A DNA stretch of 64,000 bases from Octopus vulgaris. Lineage: Eukaryota. Below, one piece after another: positions 49,736-62,470 of the stretch. Location: positions 169,136,001 to 169,200,000 of the forward strand of contig OX597817.1 of the NCBI GenBank assembly GCA_951406725.2, in the 5' to 3' direction. The position numbers and the translations under genes are program-made. Each line of letters begins with the position of its first letter. The first letter of the stretch is position 1. The notes beneath the pieces are model-generated. The model saw only the letters and a program-made list of their open reading frames with translations, ran no database searches and had not been told where the DNA came from.

Positions 49736-50215
49736 CTACAATCATTTGAATCACTTCCCATGTGGTTGATGTTAGGAGGGTTGCTCTTTGTGGCAGCAAC
49801 CATCTATTGTGGAGGACAACTGATTGCCCACGTTTCTCACTGTCCCTTTGTGGCCATCAGCTTTGGCTGTCTTCATCTTTTCATCTACCTTCATTTGTGG
49901 GGTAGAAAGGGCTCCTTAGCCGTAGTGAAGGCAATCTATCTAGGGAGATAACCTTACAATAAATCACTTGGTCCGTAGCTTAGAAATACTGGGTTGACGT
50001 CCAGCGGGAACAGCTTTGTTTCATGGAGGAGGAAAGATCTTCTTTAGTACTTTGTTGTACAATGCTTTCCGATGTGTGTAGTAGTGGCGTGCGCACACAT
50101 TATTAGCCATTTGAAAAGACTATGAAAGTCTCGACCACGGTCGAACAATGATGATGATGACCTTCATTTCTTTCAACAACTAACTTATAAACATGTCAGA
50201 TCAACACATTAACCA

Positions 50216-50671
50216 TTATGTATGTGTATGTGTGTGTATGTAAATGTATATGTAATGTATGAGTGTGTATGTAGGTACATATGTGTGTGTGCATGTATGT
50301 ATGAGTGTGTATGTATGTACATATGTGTGTGTGTGTGCATGTATGTATGAGTGTGTATGTATGTACATATGTGTGTGTGTGTGCATGTATGTATGAGTGT
50401 GTATGTATGTACATATGTGTGTGTGTGCATGTATGTATGTATGTATGAGTGTGGTGTGTGTGCATGTGCATGCATGTGTGTGTGTGTATGTGCATGCGTG
50501 TGTGTGTGTGTGTGTGTGTGCATGTGTGTGTATGTAAATGTATATGTAATGTATGAGTGTGTGTGTAGGTACATATGTGTGTGTGCATGTATGTATGTAT
50601 GAGTGTGTATGTATGTACATATGTGTGTGTGCATGTATGTATGTATGAGTGTGTGTGTGTATATGTGCATG

Positions 50672-50712
<41 letters not shown>

Positions 50713-50730
50713 CCATGTGTGTGTATGTAT
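50216..50730. repeat. (TG)/(TATG) compound microsatellite with roughly 40-bp higher-order units
   Basis: Recurrent GCATGTATGTATGAGTGTGTATGTATGTACATATGTGTG. Confidence 0.9.
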
Positions 50731-50795
50731 TTGATCTTCTCTATGATCTGGAAAAAAACCTCAATCCTTACCCAACAACTGTATCAAATTCTGTA

Positions 50796-50847
<52 letters not shown>

Positions 50848-51034
50848 GGCGTGGGCATGGCTGTGTGGTTAGGGAGCTTGCTTCCTAACTACATGGTTTC
50901 GGGTTCAGTCCCACTGCGTGGCACTTTGGGTAGGTGTCTTCCGCTATAGCCCTGAGCCGACCGGAGCTTTGTGATTGAATTCAGTAGGCGGGAGTTACTG
51001 CCGTGTGTGTATAGCTGCTTAGTGCCTCTCCGAA

Positions 51035-51070
<36 letters not shown>

Positions 51071-52451
51071 CGTAAAAAGCACCATCCGACCGTGGCCGTT
51101 TGCCAGACCCGTCTGGCAGCTGTGCCGGTGGCACGTAAAAAGCACCCACTACACTCACGGAGTGGTTGGCGTTAGGAAGGGCATCCAGCCATAGAAACAT
51201 TGCCAGATCAGACTGGGCCTGGTGCAGCCTTCTGGCTTCCCAGACCCCAGTTGAACCGTCCAACCCATGCTAGCATGGAAAGCGGACGCTAAATGATGAT
51301 GATGATGATATATATATATATATATATATTTTACCATTAACTAACTATTGGAGTCTGGTGCAGCCTTCCAGCGTGCCAGCCCAGTCAAACTATCCAAACC
51401 ATGCCAGCATGAACAACAGACATTAAATGATGATGATGATGAAATTGTAAGAACTTCACCATAGATAATAGAAAAATTAAATTATATGTATGTTTATATA
51501 AGTGAGGGTGCCATGCATGCTTGAATAATCCTGGTGGTAGCTTATGAAATCCATTTTTACATCTGATGTTGGTCAGAAATCATGTGTTTATGAACGGAGG
51601 CCCATTTGACTACACAAACGATAACAGAGGAGATAGTTACCTCCCTTTTCAATAACAGCCAGTATAAATGAAGGCTTGTAAAACTGTTTGTAGTTAATAT
51701 TGGAAACTGCTATTCATCCGCATATAAACACTATGAACATTTTCCATCTCTCATAACATTCTATGAAGAAAGAAGAAAAAGAAATAAATTTTCTTCAGAC
51801 TGTAATTAACTTCATCTTTAATTTTACTGTAATATCTCTCTTCATAATATTACTGACAAGTTTACAAGTTAAGTCATGCTGAAGGTTTCTCAAAAGGATG
51901 AAATCATCATCATCATCGTTTAATGTCCACTTTCCATGCTGGCATGGGTTGGATGGTTTGACTGAGGACTGGTAAGCCAGGAGGCTGCACCAGGTTCCAG
52001 TCTCTTCTAGCAAGGTTTCTACACCTGGATGCTCTTCCTAACGCCAACCTCTCTGAGAGTGTAGTGGGTACTTTTTATGTTCCACTGGCACTGTGGCCAG
52101 TCAAGCAGCACTGGTGTTGACCATGCTCAAATGGTGCTTTTTATGTACCACAGGCATGGTAACCAGTCAGCCAGCACTGGCATTGACCACACTCAAATGG
52201 TGCTTTTTTCGTGCCACCAGCACTGGCATCAGCCATGCTCGAATGGTGCTTTTTACATGCCATCGGTACAGGTGCTAGTCAGGCGGCACTGGCATCAGCC
52301 ATGACAATGATTTCACGTGACTCAACAGGTTTTCTTAAGCACAGCATATTGCCTGATGACTGTAGGATACTTTTAAATGGGCCGGTTATATGACACTGGC
52401 ATAAATAGTTATGAAATAGTATTATACATACAAATTATAAGAACTTTGCCA

Positions 52452-52615
52452 TAGGCGCAGGAATGACTGTGTGGTAAGTAGCTTGCTAACCAACCACATG
52501 GTTCCGGGTTCAGTCCCACTGCGTGGCATCTTGGGCAAGTGTCTTCTGCTATAGCCTCGGGCCAACCAATGCCTTGTGAGTGGATTTGGTAGACGGAAAC
52601 TGAAAGAAGCCTGTC

Positions 52616-52659
<44 letters not shown>

Positions 52660-52860
52660 TTGTGTGTTTGTGTGTCTGTGTTTGTCCCCCTAGCATTGCT
52701 TGACAACCGATGCTGGTGTGTTTACGTCCCCGTCACTTAGCGGTTCGGCAAAAGAGACCGATAGAATAAGTACTGGGCTTACAATAGAATAAGTACTGGG
52801 CTCGACTAAAGGCGGTGCTCCAGCATGGCCGCAGTCAAATGACTGAAACAAGTAAAAGAG
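52452..52860 (+). mobile_element. SINE A, young copy
   Basis: Family A consensus with a short internal duplication in the tail. Confidence 0.9.
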
Positions 52861-53841
52861 AAAAAAGAAAAGAGAAATGAAAAAAATTTAGTTAGATAAA
52901 TGTTTATATATGTGAAGTGTTTATATCCTTTTCACATTCTTGGATTTCAAATTCAAATTTCTAATCTCGCTTCATACTGCGAGGAGATGGTTACCTCCTT
53001 TCGCAATTACAACTATCAAGAGAACAAAATGTGCACATGTGTATCATTATCATAATATCCACTTTTCCATGCTTGCATGGGTCAAACAATTCATTGAGGT
53101 GTATTTACTGTGGTCAGATGTGATTCCTGATGCTACTCTATTTACAACGTAGACATAACTGTGACCCTCAGAAGTTCACTTCCCAACCACGTGGTCTTGC
53201 ATTTAGCCCCACTGTGTGGTACTTTAAATGTCTTCTGCCATAGTCTAAGACCAACCTATGCTTTGTAAGCAGATTTGATAGAAAGAAACTGAAAGAAGCC
53301 CTTCACATATGTGCATACATGTATTATATGTGTGTGTATAAATTTGTGTGTGTGTGTCATTGTCTTGACATTGTATGTTAGTTGTAAATGACAGTCACCA
53401 TTGTTTAAACAATGTTGTTTGTTTCCAATCCTCCATGAAAACGTGTCTGGTTATGGGTAAATATTATCTTGCTTGGAAATGAATTTGGATGGTGACAGAA
53501 AGGTGATCTAGTTCTAGGTATAGAAAATCTGCCTCAACAAATTCCATCTGACTCATGCAAGCAGAAAAAAAGCAGACATGAAAACAATGGTGATAATGAT
53601 AATGATGATATGTGAACCAGACAATTATCTCTCATCAGGGGAAAAGAAATAGAATTCAAGAAAACGATTGATGGTCTCTGTTGGCTAAAACAGTTAATAA
53701 AAATTAATAAATTGCGTTGCAAGAATTATTCTTTTCTTATAGCATACAGACATGAATTATTTCATAAAATATTTCTTATCTGATGTTTAGAAAATATATC
53801 TGAAATTAATATTCTCTCGTTTTTATTTCTCTAAATCACAG

Positions 53842-54065
53842 ACGGTTCAGATATTTATGATGAAAGTGGTAAAAATGTTATTGGCATTGTAACTAGCGGT
53901 TGTCCATCACCAACATTGAAGAAAAACATTGCCATGGGTTATGTGAAGCCTGAATATACAGCAGTTGGCACCAACGTGGTCTTCGATATCCGTAAAAAGA
54001 TGATTCCTGGCCAAGTAGCTAAAATGCCATTTGTGCCTACAAATTATTATGTTGTCAAGAAATAA
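53842..54065 (+). CDS. AMT: AMT exon 7, terminal ([35 protein letters not shown]...[14 protein letters not shown])
   Basis: polypyrimidine tract plus cacag acceptor; [17 protein letters not shown] and KMPFVPT.YY motifs; TAA at 54063-54065. Confidence 0.96.
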
Positions 54066-54173
54066 AAATGTATTTCCAATATATTTCAGATTATAAAAAA
54101 AGTTTGATTTTGTTTTTATTTTTTTCCTGTAATTTTCTATCTCTTTGAATCTCTGTTTAATTTTGATAATAAA
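54061..54173 (+). terminator. Candidate AMT polyadenylation signals
   Basis: AATAAA at 54061-54066 (overlapping the stop codon) and at 54168-54173, followed by GT-rich sequence. Confidence 0.5.
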
Positions 54174-55152
54174 ATCTATGACAAACGAACAGACTTTTGA
54201 CATCTTTGGAGATATGTCTGTATGTATATGTATGGGTGTGCATATGTATATATGTATGTGTGTGTGTGTGTGTGTGTAGTTTGAAATAGAGGTGGGTGAC
54301 AATGAGTTTTATGAGGGGTTCCCGAAAAGTTTCTGACTTTAAGGGTATCGGGAAAGGCCTGGTTGGAGGCCCAACCTTCCAAGTTCTTTTACAGGGCTTA
54401 GAAAAACTTAAGGGCCACTGCAGTAAGTGTGTTAATCTGACAGTGGAATATATATGATAAAATTATAATTAACAGATCCTCCTGAATTTTCTTCTACCTA
54501 AAGTCAGGACCTTTTCAGCACCCCCTTATACAGTAGACTGAGAAGATAGTATGGTGGTGGCCCCTCTCATAACACCAGCACAGTTCTAGGTCCATAATGA
54601 AAACTCAGACACTTACAACAATCTAGTCTCGTTAACTGTAAGCAGGCACAACTGCTGTAAAAAGTGTTTGGTCTGAGAAAAATTGCAAGTGTTTTGTTGA
54701 CTCAGAGTACTGGTTTAAGATCACTTATGCATTTGGTATCATGAAAGGGGTTAATTTCAACTCTAGCACCACCAAAAATGGTAGAAGTTGAGGTCTAACA
54801 CTCTGAATATGGTGTAAGTGAATCCATAAAATACTCCTGTGCCTCTTGCAAAAATATATGTTCTAATACTGTGTGGTTTAGAAGCTTGGTTTTTGACCCT
54901 GTGGTCTTGGATTCAATCTCTTTGCATGGCACCTTACTCTTTACTCTTTTACGAGTTTCAGCCATCTGACTGTGGCCATGCTGGAGCACCGCCTTTAGTT
55001 GAGCAAATTGACCCCAGGACTTATTCTTTGTAAGCCTAGTACTTATTTTATCGGTCTCTTTTGTCGAACTGCTAAGTTACGGGGACATAAACACACCAGT
55101 ATCGGTTGTCAAGCAATGTTGGGGGGACAAACATATACACACACATACACAT

Positions 55153-56338
55153 ATCATCATCATCATCATTTAGCGTCCGTTTTCCATGCTAGCATGGGTT
55201 GGACGGTTCAACTGGGGTCTGTGAAGCTGGAAGGCTTCATCAGGCCCAGTCAGATCTGGCAGTGTTTCTGCAGCTGGATGCCCTTCCTAACGCCAACCAC
55301 TCTGTGAGTGTAGTGGGTGCTTTTTACGTGCCACCCGCACAGGTGCCAGACAGAGCTGGCAAACGGCCACGAACGGATGGTGCTTTACGTGTCACCTTTG
55401 TGTTTGGCCAGGCGAGGCTGGCAACGGACACGAACGGATGGTGCTTTTATGTGCCACCGACACGGGGGCCAGACAGAGCTGGCAAACGGCCACGAAACGG
55501 ATGGTGCTTTTACGTGTCACCTGCACGGGGGCCAGGTGAGGCTGGCAACGGACATGAACGGATGGTGCTTTTACGTGCCACCGATATGGAGGCTAGACGG
55601 GGCGGCGCCGGTAATGACCACGATCGGATGGTTCGCTTAACCCCAGCTGCAATTCCCACTGATGTTGATCGACCTCAGTTTGGTTCTGCTTTCTGATATA
55701 TGAATTGATTTGGTTTGATTTTGATTCTCACTGTTCTTGCCGGGTTTTCTCACGCACAGCATACTTTCAAAGGTCTCGGTCTCTGGTCATTTCCTTGGTG
55801 AGACCTAAAGTTCGAAGGTTGTGCTTCACCACCTCGACCCAGGTTTTCCTGGGTCTACCTCTTCCACAGGTCCCCTCAACTGCCAGGGTGTGGCACTTTC
55901 GCACACAACTATCTTCAGCCATTCTCATCACATGACCATACCAGCGCAAACGTCTCTCTTGCACATAACAACTGATGCTTCTTAGGTCCAACTTTTCTCT
56001 CAAGGTACTTACACTCTGTCGATTATGAACACTGACATTACACATCCATCGGAGCATACTAGCTTCATTTCTTGCGAGCTTACGCAAATCCTCAGCAGTC
56101 ATGGCCCAAGTTTCACTACCATGTAGCATGGCTGTACGTACACATGCATCATACAGTCTGCCTTTTACTTTGAGCGAGAGGCCTTTTGTCACCAGCAGGG
56201 GTAAGAGCTCTCTAAACTTTGCCCAGGCTATTCTTACTCTAGCAGTTACACTTTCAGCACACCCGCCCCTGCTACTGACTTGGTCACCTAGGTAGCGGAA
56301 GCTATCAACTACTTCTAGTTTTTCTCCCTGGAACGTGA
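55153..56338 (-). mobile_element. 5'-truncated RTE-clade LINE
   Basis: About 190 aa open frame GEKLEVVDSFRYLG...GRGRPRKTW, same family as 11389; modular 3' UTR; (GAT)n tail. Confidence 0.93.
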
Positions 56339-57426
56339 TCCACTCACAAGGCTTTGGTCGACCCGAGGCTACAGTAGAAGACACTTGGGCAAATGTCTTC
56401 TACTATAGCCTCATGCTGACCAAAGCCATGTGAATGGATATGGTAGAGGGAAACTGAAGGAAGCCCATCATATAGATATATGTGTGTGTGTGTCTTTGTG
56501 TTTGTCCCCCCCACCACTACTTGACAACCAGTTTTGATTTGTTTATGTGTCTGTAACTTAGTAGTCTGGCAAAAGGGACCGAGAGAATAAGTACCAGGTT
56601 TTTAAAAAATATATAAGTATTGGAGTTGATTCATTCCACTACAAAAAAAAAAAAACAATTCTTCAAGGCAGTGCCCCAGTATGGCTGCAGTCTAATGACT
56701 TAAACGAGTAAAAGATAAAAGACAATATGATTGTGTGTTTGAGTGTATCCTTAGCTAGACATCATGTGATGATTGTAAATGAGCATCATCGTTGTACAGG
56801 CGGGGTGGTTCATTTCCAGTGTTCTGTGAAAAACATTTCTGGCCACAGGGAAATATATTGCCTTGCTCGGAAACAGGTGAGAGTTGGCAACAGGAAAGGC
56901 ATCAGGCTGTGGAAAATTTGTCTCAACAAATGGTAATGGGAAAAATGGATGTTAAATCATGATGATGATGATGATGATAATAATTTATTCTTAATCAGTA
57001 ATGAGAAAAATGTATAATTACACTGTGTTCATTTGTGTTGTGTGTATTGTTTTGTTGGACATTGTTCAAATTTCCAGAGTTAAAAAACCATTATACCAAT
57101 ATTAACATTGTACAATAGAAGATTATAGTCTATCATATATTTTTGATACATGCAGATGACTCCTATAGTAGTTGTAGTAGTAGTACCACAGCAGTATCCT
57201 TAGAGCATTCAAATAATTCTTTGTAACTATTGTTCCATTCTAAGTTGTTCTGAGTTCAAATCTTGCTGCAGTTGACTGTTCCTTTTATTTTTTTCTTTTG
57301 TGGGGGTGGGGGATACAGGGGTCAGTAAAATACAATACCAAGCAAGTGCTGGGGAGGTCAGTTTTATTGACTAAACCCATCTTATAATTCCTGGGCATAT
57401 GGCTTAATCAAAAACTATCATCATCA

Positions 57427-57462
<36 letters not shown>

Positions 57463-57694
57463 GTAAGGCAGTGAGCTGGCTGAATCATTAGCACATCAGG
57501 GAAAATGCTTAGTGGTATTTCATCCGTTTGTACTACGTTCTGATTTCAAATTCACCTGAATTTACCATTCCTCTTTTTAGGATTGATGAAATAAAATTCC
57601 AATTAAACACTGGGGGTCGGTGTAAACGACTCATCCCCTCACACAAAATTTCAGGCCTTGTGATTTAGCAGAAAAGATAATTATCATTATTATT

Positions 57695-58015
57695 ATTACC
57701 TCCGCCTTAACGAAGGCGGGGGTATTGTTTACAGTTATGTTTGTTCATGGACAAGATATCTCAAGAACCGCTGGATGGATTCGGATGAAACTTTCAGGGA
57801 TGTTTGGCCTCGTGACTAGCACACACTGATTAGATTTTGGGATCTATCCTGTACCAGACAGAGACTCTGAGTTATTTTTCCGTTTTCTTTTACTTCATTT
57901 TTGAGAGCGGTTGGGTTCATTTATAGTATTCTTGATTGTGAGAGCAGTCGAGCTTATTTCAGATATTCTCATTTTAAAAATCATCTTCGGCTAATTGTTG
58001 AGAGGATGTTGGTGT
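57695..58015 (+). mobile_element. Non-autonomous Helentron/DINE-1-like element fragment
   Basis: Starts TTACCTCCGCCTTaacgAAGGCGGGGG hairpin, then GATATCTCAAGAACCGCTGGATGGATTCGGATGAAACTTTCAGGG. Confidence 0.6.
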
Positions 58016-58265
58016 TTGGCAGAAACGTTAGCGCGCCGGGCGAAATGCTTAGCGGTATTTCGTCTGTCGTTACGTTGTGAGTTCAAATTCTGCTGAGGTC
58101 GACTCCGCCTTTCATCCTTTCGAGGTCGATAAATAACAAGTACTAGTTTCGCATTGGGGTCAATGTAATCAACTTAATCCCTTTCTCTGTCCTTGTTTGT
58201 CCCCTCTATGTTTAGCCCCTTGTGGGTAGTAAAGAAATATATTACTATTATCATCATCATCATCA

Positions 58266-58305
<40 letters not shown>

Positions 58306-58387
58306 TTTTTTTTCTTCTTTCAAATTTCCTAAAAAAAAAAAAAAATTATTATTATTATGATTATTATTATGATTATTATTGTTGTTA

Positions 58388-58445
<58 letters not shown>

Positions 58446-58767
58446 GGCAGTGAGCTGGCTGAACTTTTACCATGCCAGGCAAAATGCTTTGCAGTATTTC
58501 ATCAGTTTTTACATTCTAAATCTTTATAAACGAGAGGATTATTATTATTACAGCAATGGGCTGGCTGAATAGTTATGCTGGACAAAATGCTTTGAAGCCC
58601 TTTTCCCAGCTAATTCTGCAGGGATCAACTTTGCTCAAAATAAAGTACCAGTTAAATACTGGTTTTGATGTAATTGACTTTTCTTCTCCCCTCAAAAATT
58701 ACTGGCCTTGTGCCAAAATTAGAAAGGATTGTTAAAAATCCAAGCCTTGTGCCTATAGTAGAACGGA

Positions 58768-58808
<41 letters not shown>

Positions 58809-58811
<3 letters not shown>

Positions 58812-59027
58812 TAGTTTTATTTTTATAGCGTGCTTTCACTTCACTACCAAGCGCAGCTCTGAGTGCCTTGGGTATGTGCTGTGATTTGTTGTGATGCTCT
58901 GATGGTTATTGTATGGAAAGTGTTCTGCATAGGATGTGTGCAGTGCCTAGTAGTGCAATTTTCTGTATGTTATATGTGTTTGTAAGTCATGGTGTTTTTG
59001 TTATGTATTTGTCTGAATATTTTTTTT
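58809..59027 (-). mobile_element. Second Dong/R4-clade 3' fragment within (TAA)n
   Basis: NIQKIALLGTAHILCRTLSIQ*; (TTA)n on both sides. Confidence 0.8.
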
Positions 59028-59966
59028 ATTATTATTATTATTATTATTTTTTATTATTATTTTTTTTTTTTATTATTATGTATTTTTTCCTGAAAATGGT
59101 TCTCAGAACGTTGGAGTATAAGGATGCTAATGATGATGTTGCCATTAATGGTAATGGATGGGAGTGCCAGTAGGTGTGGGAACCAGAGAAATCTGTGATA
59201 TTGGAATATTGGATTATTGAATTACTCCACCTTCAAGCCAGCCAGCTTTGTGCGTAATATAAAGTGTCTTTGACAGGAAAGGGTATGGAAGGAAGTGGGT
59301 TTGGCCCGTGGCACTGCACAGCTGTTGGTGGTCGTAAGAATTACAAGAGGAGTGAGAAGAGTTGAGAGAAAGAGAGGGATTTTGAAAAAACATGCAGGGG
59401 CATGCTGAGGAGGGGTTGGGGAGGAAAAGTAGGAGAGATAGAAAGGGTCGTACACAAACATGCATGTGTGTAAACATACACACGTATATGCAAGCAAATA
59501 CACATACACACATCTATATTTAGGCACAGGTATGGCTGTGTGGTTAAGAAGGTTGGTTGCCAGCCATGTGATCTTGTGTTCAAACTTGTTGCTTGACACC
59601 TTGGGCAAGTGTCTTTTCCTATAACCCTGGGCTGACTGAAAGCCTTGTGAGTGGATTTGGTTGACCAAAAGTGAATGAAACCTGTTGTGTGTGTGAGTGT
59701 GTGTGTGTTAGTCCTCACCACACTGCTTGATAACAGGTGTTGGTTTATTTACATTCCTATATCCAAAGAGATTTTAGTCCAATATTAATATGTACAAGCA
59801 TGGCTCTGTGGTAAGGAGTTTACTTCCCATTGACACAGTTCCAGGTTCAGTCCTGCTGTATGGCACTTTGGGCAAATGTCTTCAACTATGGCTCCACAGG
59901 TTGATCAAAGCCTTGTGCATGGTTTTGGTAGACAGAAACTGAAAGAAGCTCATTGTTTGTTTGTTT

Positions 59967-60010
<44 letters not shown>

Positions 60011-61036
60011 GTGTATGCATGTGTGTTTGTGTTTGTCCCCCACCACCACTTCACAACTAGTGTTGATTTGTTTACATTCCCATAACTTAGCAGTTTGGCA
60101 AAAGGAAATTGATATGATAAGTACCAGGTTGAGAATAAAATAAGTCCTGGGGTTGATTTGTTTGACTAAATCCACCACAGTGATGCCCCAGCATGGCCAC
60201 AGTCTAATGACTGAAAGAAGTAAAAGATAAAAAGTACTATTATTGATAGATTTACTTCAAGTTCCACCACCATCATCATCGTCAACATCATTTAACATCT
60301 GCTTTCGATGCTGGTATGGGTTGGACAGTTTGACTGAAAACTGGTAAACTGGGCAGCTGCACCAGGTTCCAATCTGATCTGGCAGTGTTTCTACAGCTGG
60401 ATGCCCTTCCTAATGCCAACCACTCTGAGAGTGAAGTGGATGCATTTTACGTGCCACCAACATGGGTGCCAGTTATGTAACGCAGGCATTGGCCATGGCT
60501 ATGATCTCACTTGGCTCGACAGGTCTTCTCAAGCAACAAGATCAGGCCTCTGTTTAGTTCTATGAAAAAAATTCATGGTCGCATGGACATGAGAACAACT
60601 GTGGTACTCCATTTTGATGGATACCAAAGTGTTCAGTTCAGGGATCACCATGAAGGCAAAAAGAAGTGTAACCAGCACTGACCAATGGAATAGCCTGATA
60701 GTGAAATTAATGTGCAAGTGGCTGAGCACTCCACAGACGTATGTACCCTTAATGTAGTTCCCAGGGAGTTTCAGCTTGACACAGAGTGTGATAATGCTGG
60801 CTCTTTGAGATACAAGAACTACTCATTTTTGCCAGCTGAGTGGACTGGAGCAATGTGAAATAAAGTCTCTTGCTCAAGGTCACACCACTCCACCAGATAT
60901 TGAACTCATAACCTTACGATCATGAGCTGAATACCCTAACTACTAACCCACATGCCTTCATTGAGGAAGTAAAATGGCAGTCAAGATATCTGGCAAGCCG
61001 TGAAAGTGTTACACAGGGCAGAGTTGGATTTGGGAG

Positions 61037-61455
61037 TTTATTACACACATGTGAGTGAGAACACTTTGAGATATTTTTGGTATCTAACATATGTCAGATA
61101 CTGCGAGCGCTGCTTCTGATTGGTCAATCCATGGTGATGACCCGAGGTCAAGGTGACAGCGCTGCTTCTGATTGGTCAATCCATGGTGATGACTTGAGGT
61201 CACGGTGACGGCACTACTTTTGTCATTCATAAGTTACAACTAAACGTGAAGAATTTAGTTATTGGGTTAATAAAATATGGTCGTTTATTCGTGTGTAATA
61301 AATAAAATACCAAACGAGTTCCCTATGGATACCGTATTTATTACAACTCGTGGCTTGTAAACGTATCTAACGAGCGAAAGCGAGTTAGATACGTTTACAA
61401 GCCACTCGTAATAAATACGGTATCCATAGGGAATGAGTTTGGTATTCTCTATTTA
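61037..61455. mobile_element. Non-autonomous element with a long hairpin (61307-61445) and a tandem CTGATTGG-containing duplication, possibly Crypton-like
   Basis: About 60-bp inverted arms around GAGCGAAAGCGA; 52-bp tandem duplication at about 61107-61210; family assignment from memory only. Confidence 0.5.
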
Positions 61456-61874
61456 ACACGTGCCAACAATGGTTATCAAGAAAAGAGAAGAGGGTGTCAT
61501 AAGAGCAAGTAAGCAAAGAAACAGCAACATGAAAGCTAGGTGCCTGGATAAAGTGGGAACAGGCAATGGAGCGGAATATCACTGGGCATGATAGGACGTC
61601 TGGAAGGAAAATCCTAAGAAGATCAAGTTCTTGATTCAAAGGATTCTATCTTTTCAGCCTCAGTCCATCTGTCCTATTTACATAGGGCATAATGAAAGAT
61701 GTGAAACACTGAGCTTTAAAATGGTGTTGATATTGTATCAAATGAGCATAAAATGATAAATCAAGCTTTTGGTTCCCATTACATCCTTCAAACTTCATAA
61801 ACCAAGACAAGATACCATCTACAGAAAAGTTTGTGGAAGGGTTCAGATCAAGTTATTGAATTCTTCTACTAAAT

Positions 61875-62470
61875 TTCCTTATTTTTTTTATTGCCCTCAA
61901 GGGGCTAAACATAGAGGGGACAAACAAGGACAGACAAAGGGATTAAGTCAATTTCATCGACCCAAGTGCGTAACTGGTACTTAATTTATCGACTCCAAAA
62001 AGATGAAAGGCAAAGTCAACCTCGGCATAATTTGAACTCAGAATGTAACGGCAGACAAAATACCTATTTCTTTACTACCCACAAGGGGCTAAACACAGAG
62101 AGGATAAACAAGGACAGATAAACAGATTAAGTTGATTACACCGACCTAAGTGCATAACTGGTACTTAATTTATCGACCCTGAAAGGATGAAAGGCAAAGT
62201 CAACCTCGGCAGAATTTGAACTCAGAATGTAACAGCAGATGAAATACCTATTTCTTTACTACCCACAAGGGGCTAAACACAGAGAGGACAAACAAGGACA
62301 GATAAACAGATTAAGTTCATTACACCGACCTAAGTGCGTAACTGGTACTTAATTTATCGACCCTGAAAGGATGAAAGGCAAAGTCGACCTCGGTGGAATT
62401 TGAACTCAGAACGTAACAGCAGATGAAATACCGCTAAGCATTTCACCTGGCATGCTAATGTCTCTGCCAG
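61875..62470 (-). mobile_element. Head-to-tail trimer of SINE B, period about 184 bp
   Basis: Units start at about 61880, 62065 and 62249; only the last retains the head. Confidence 0.9.
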
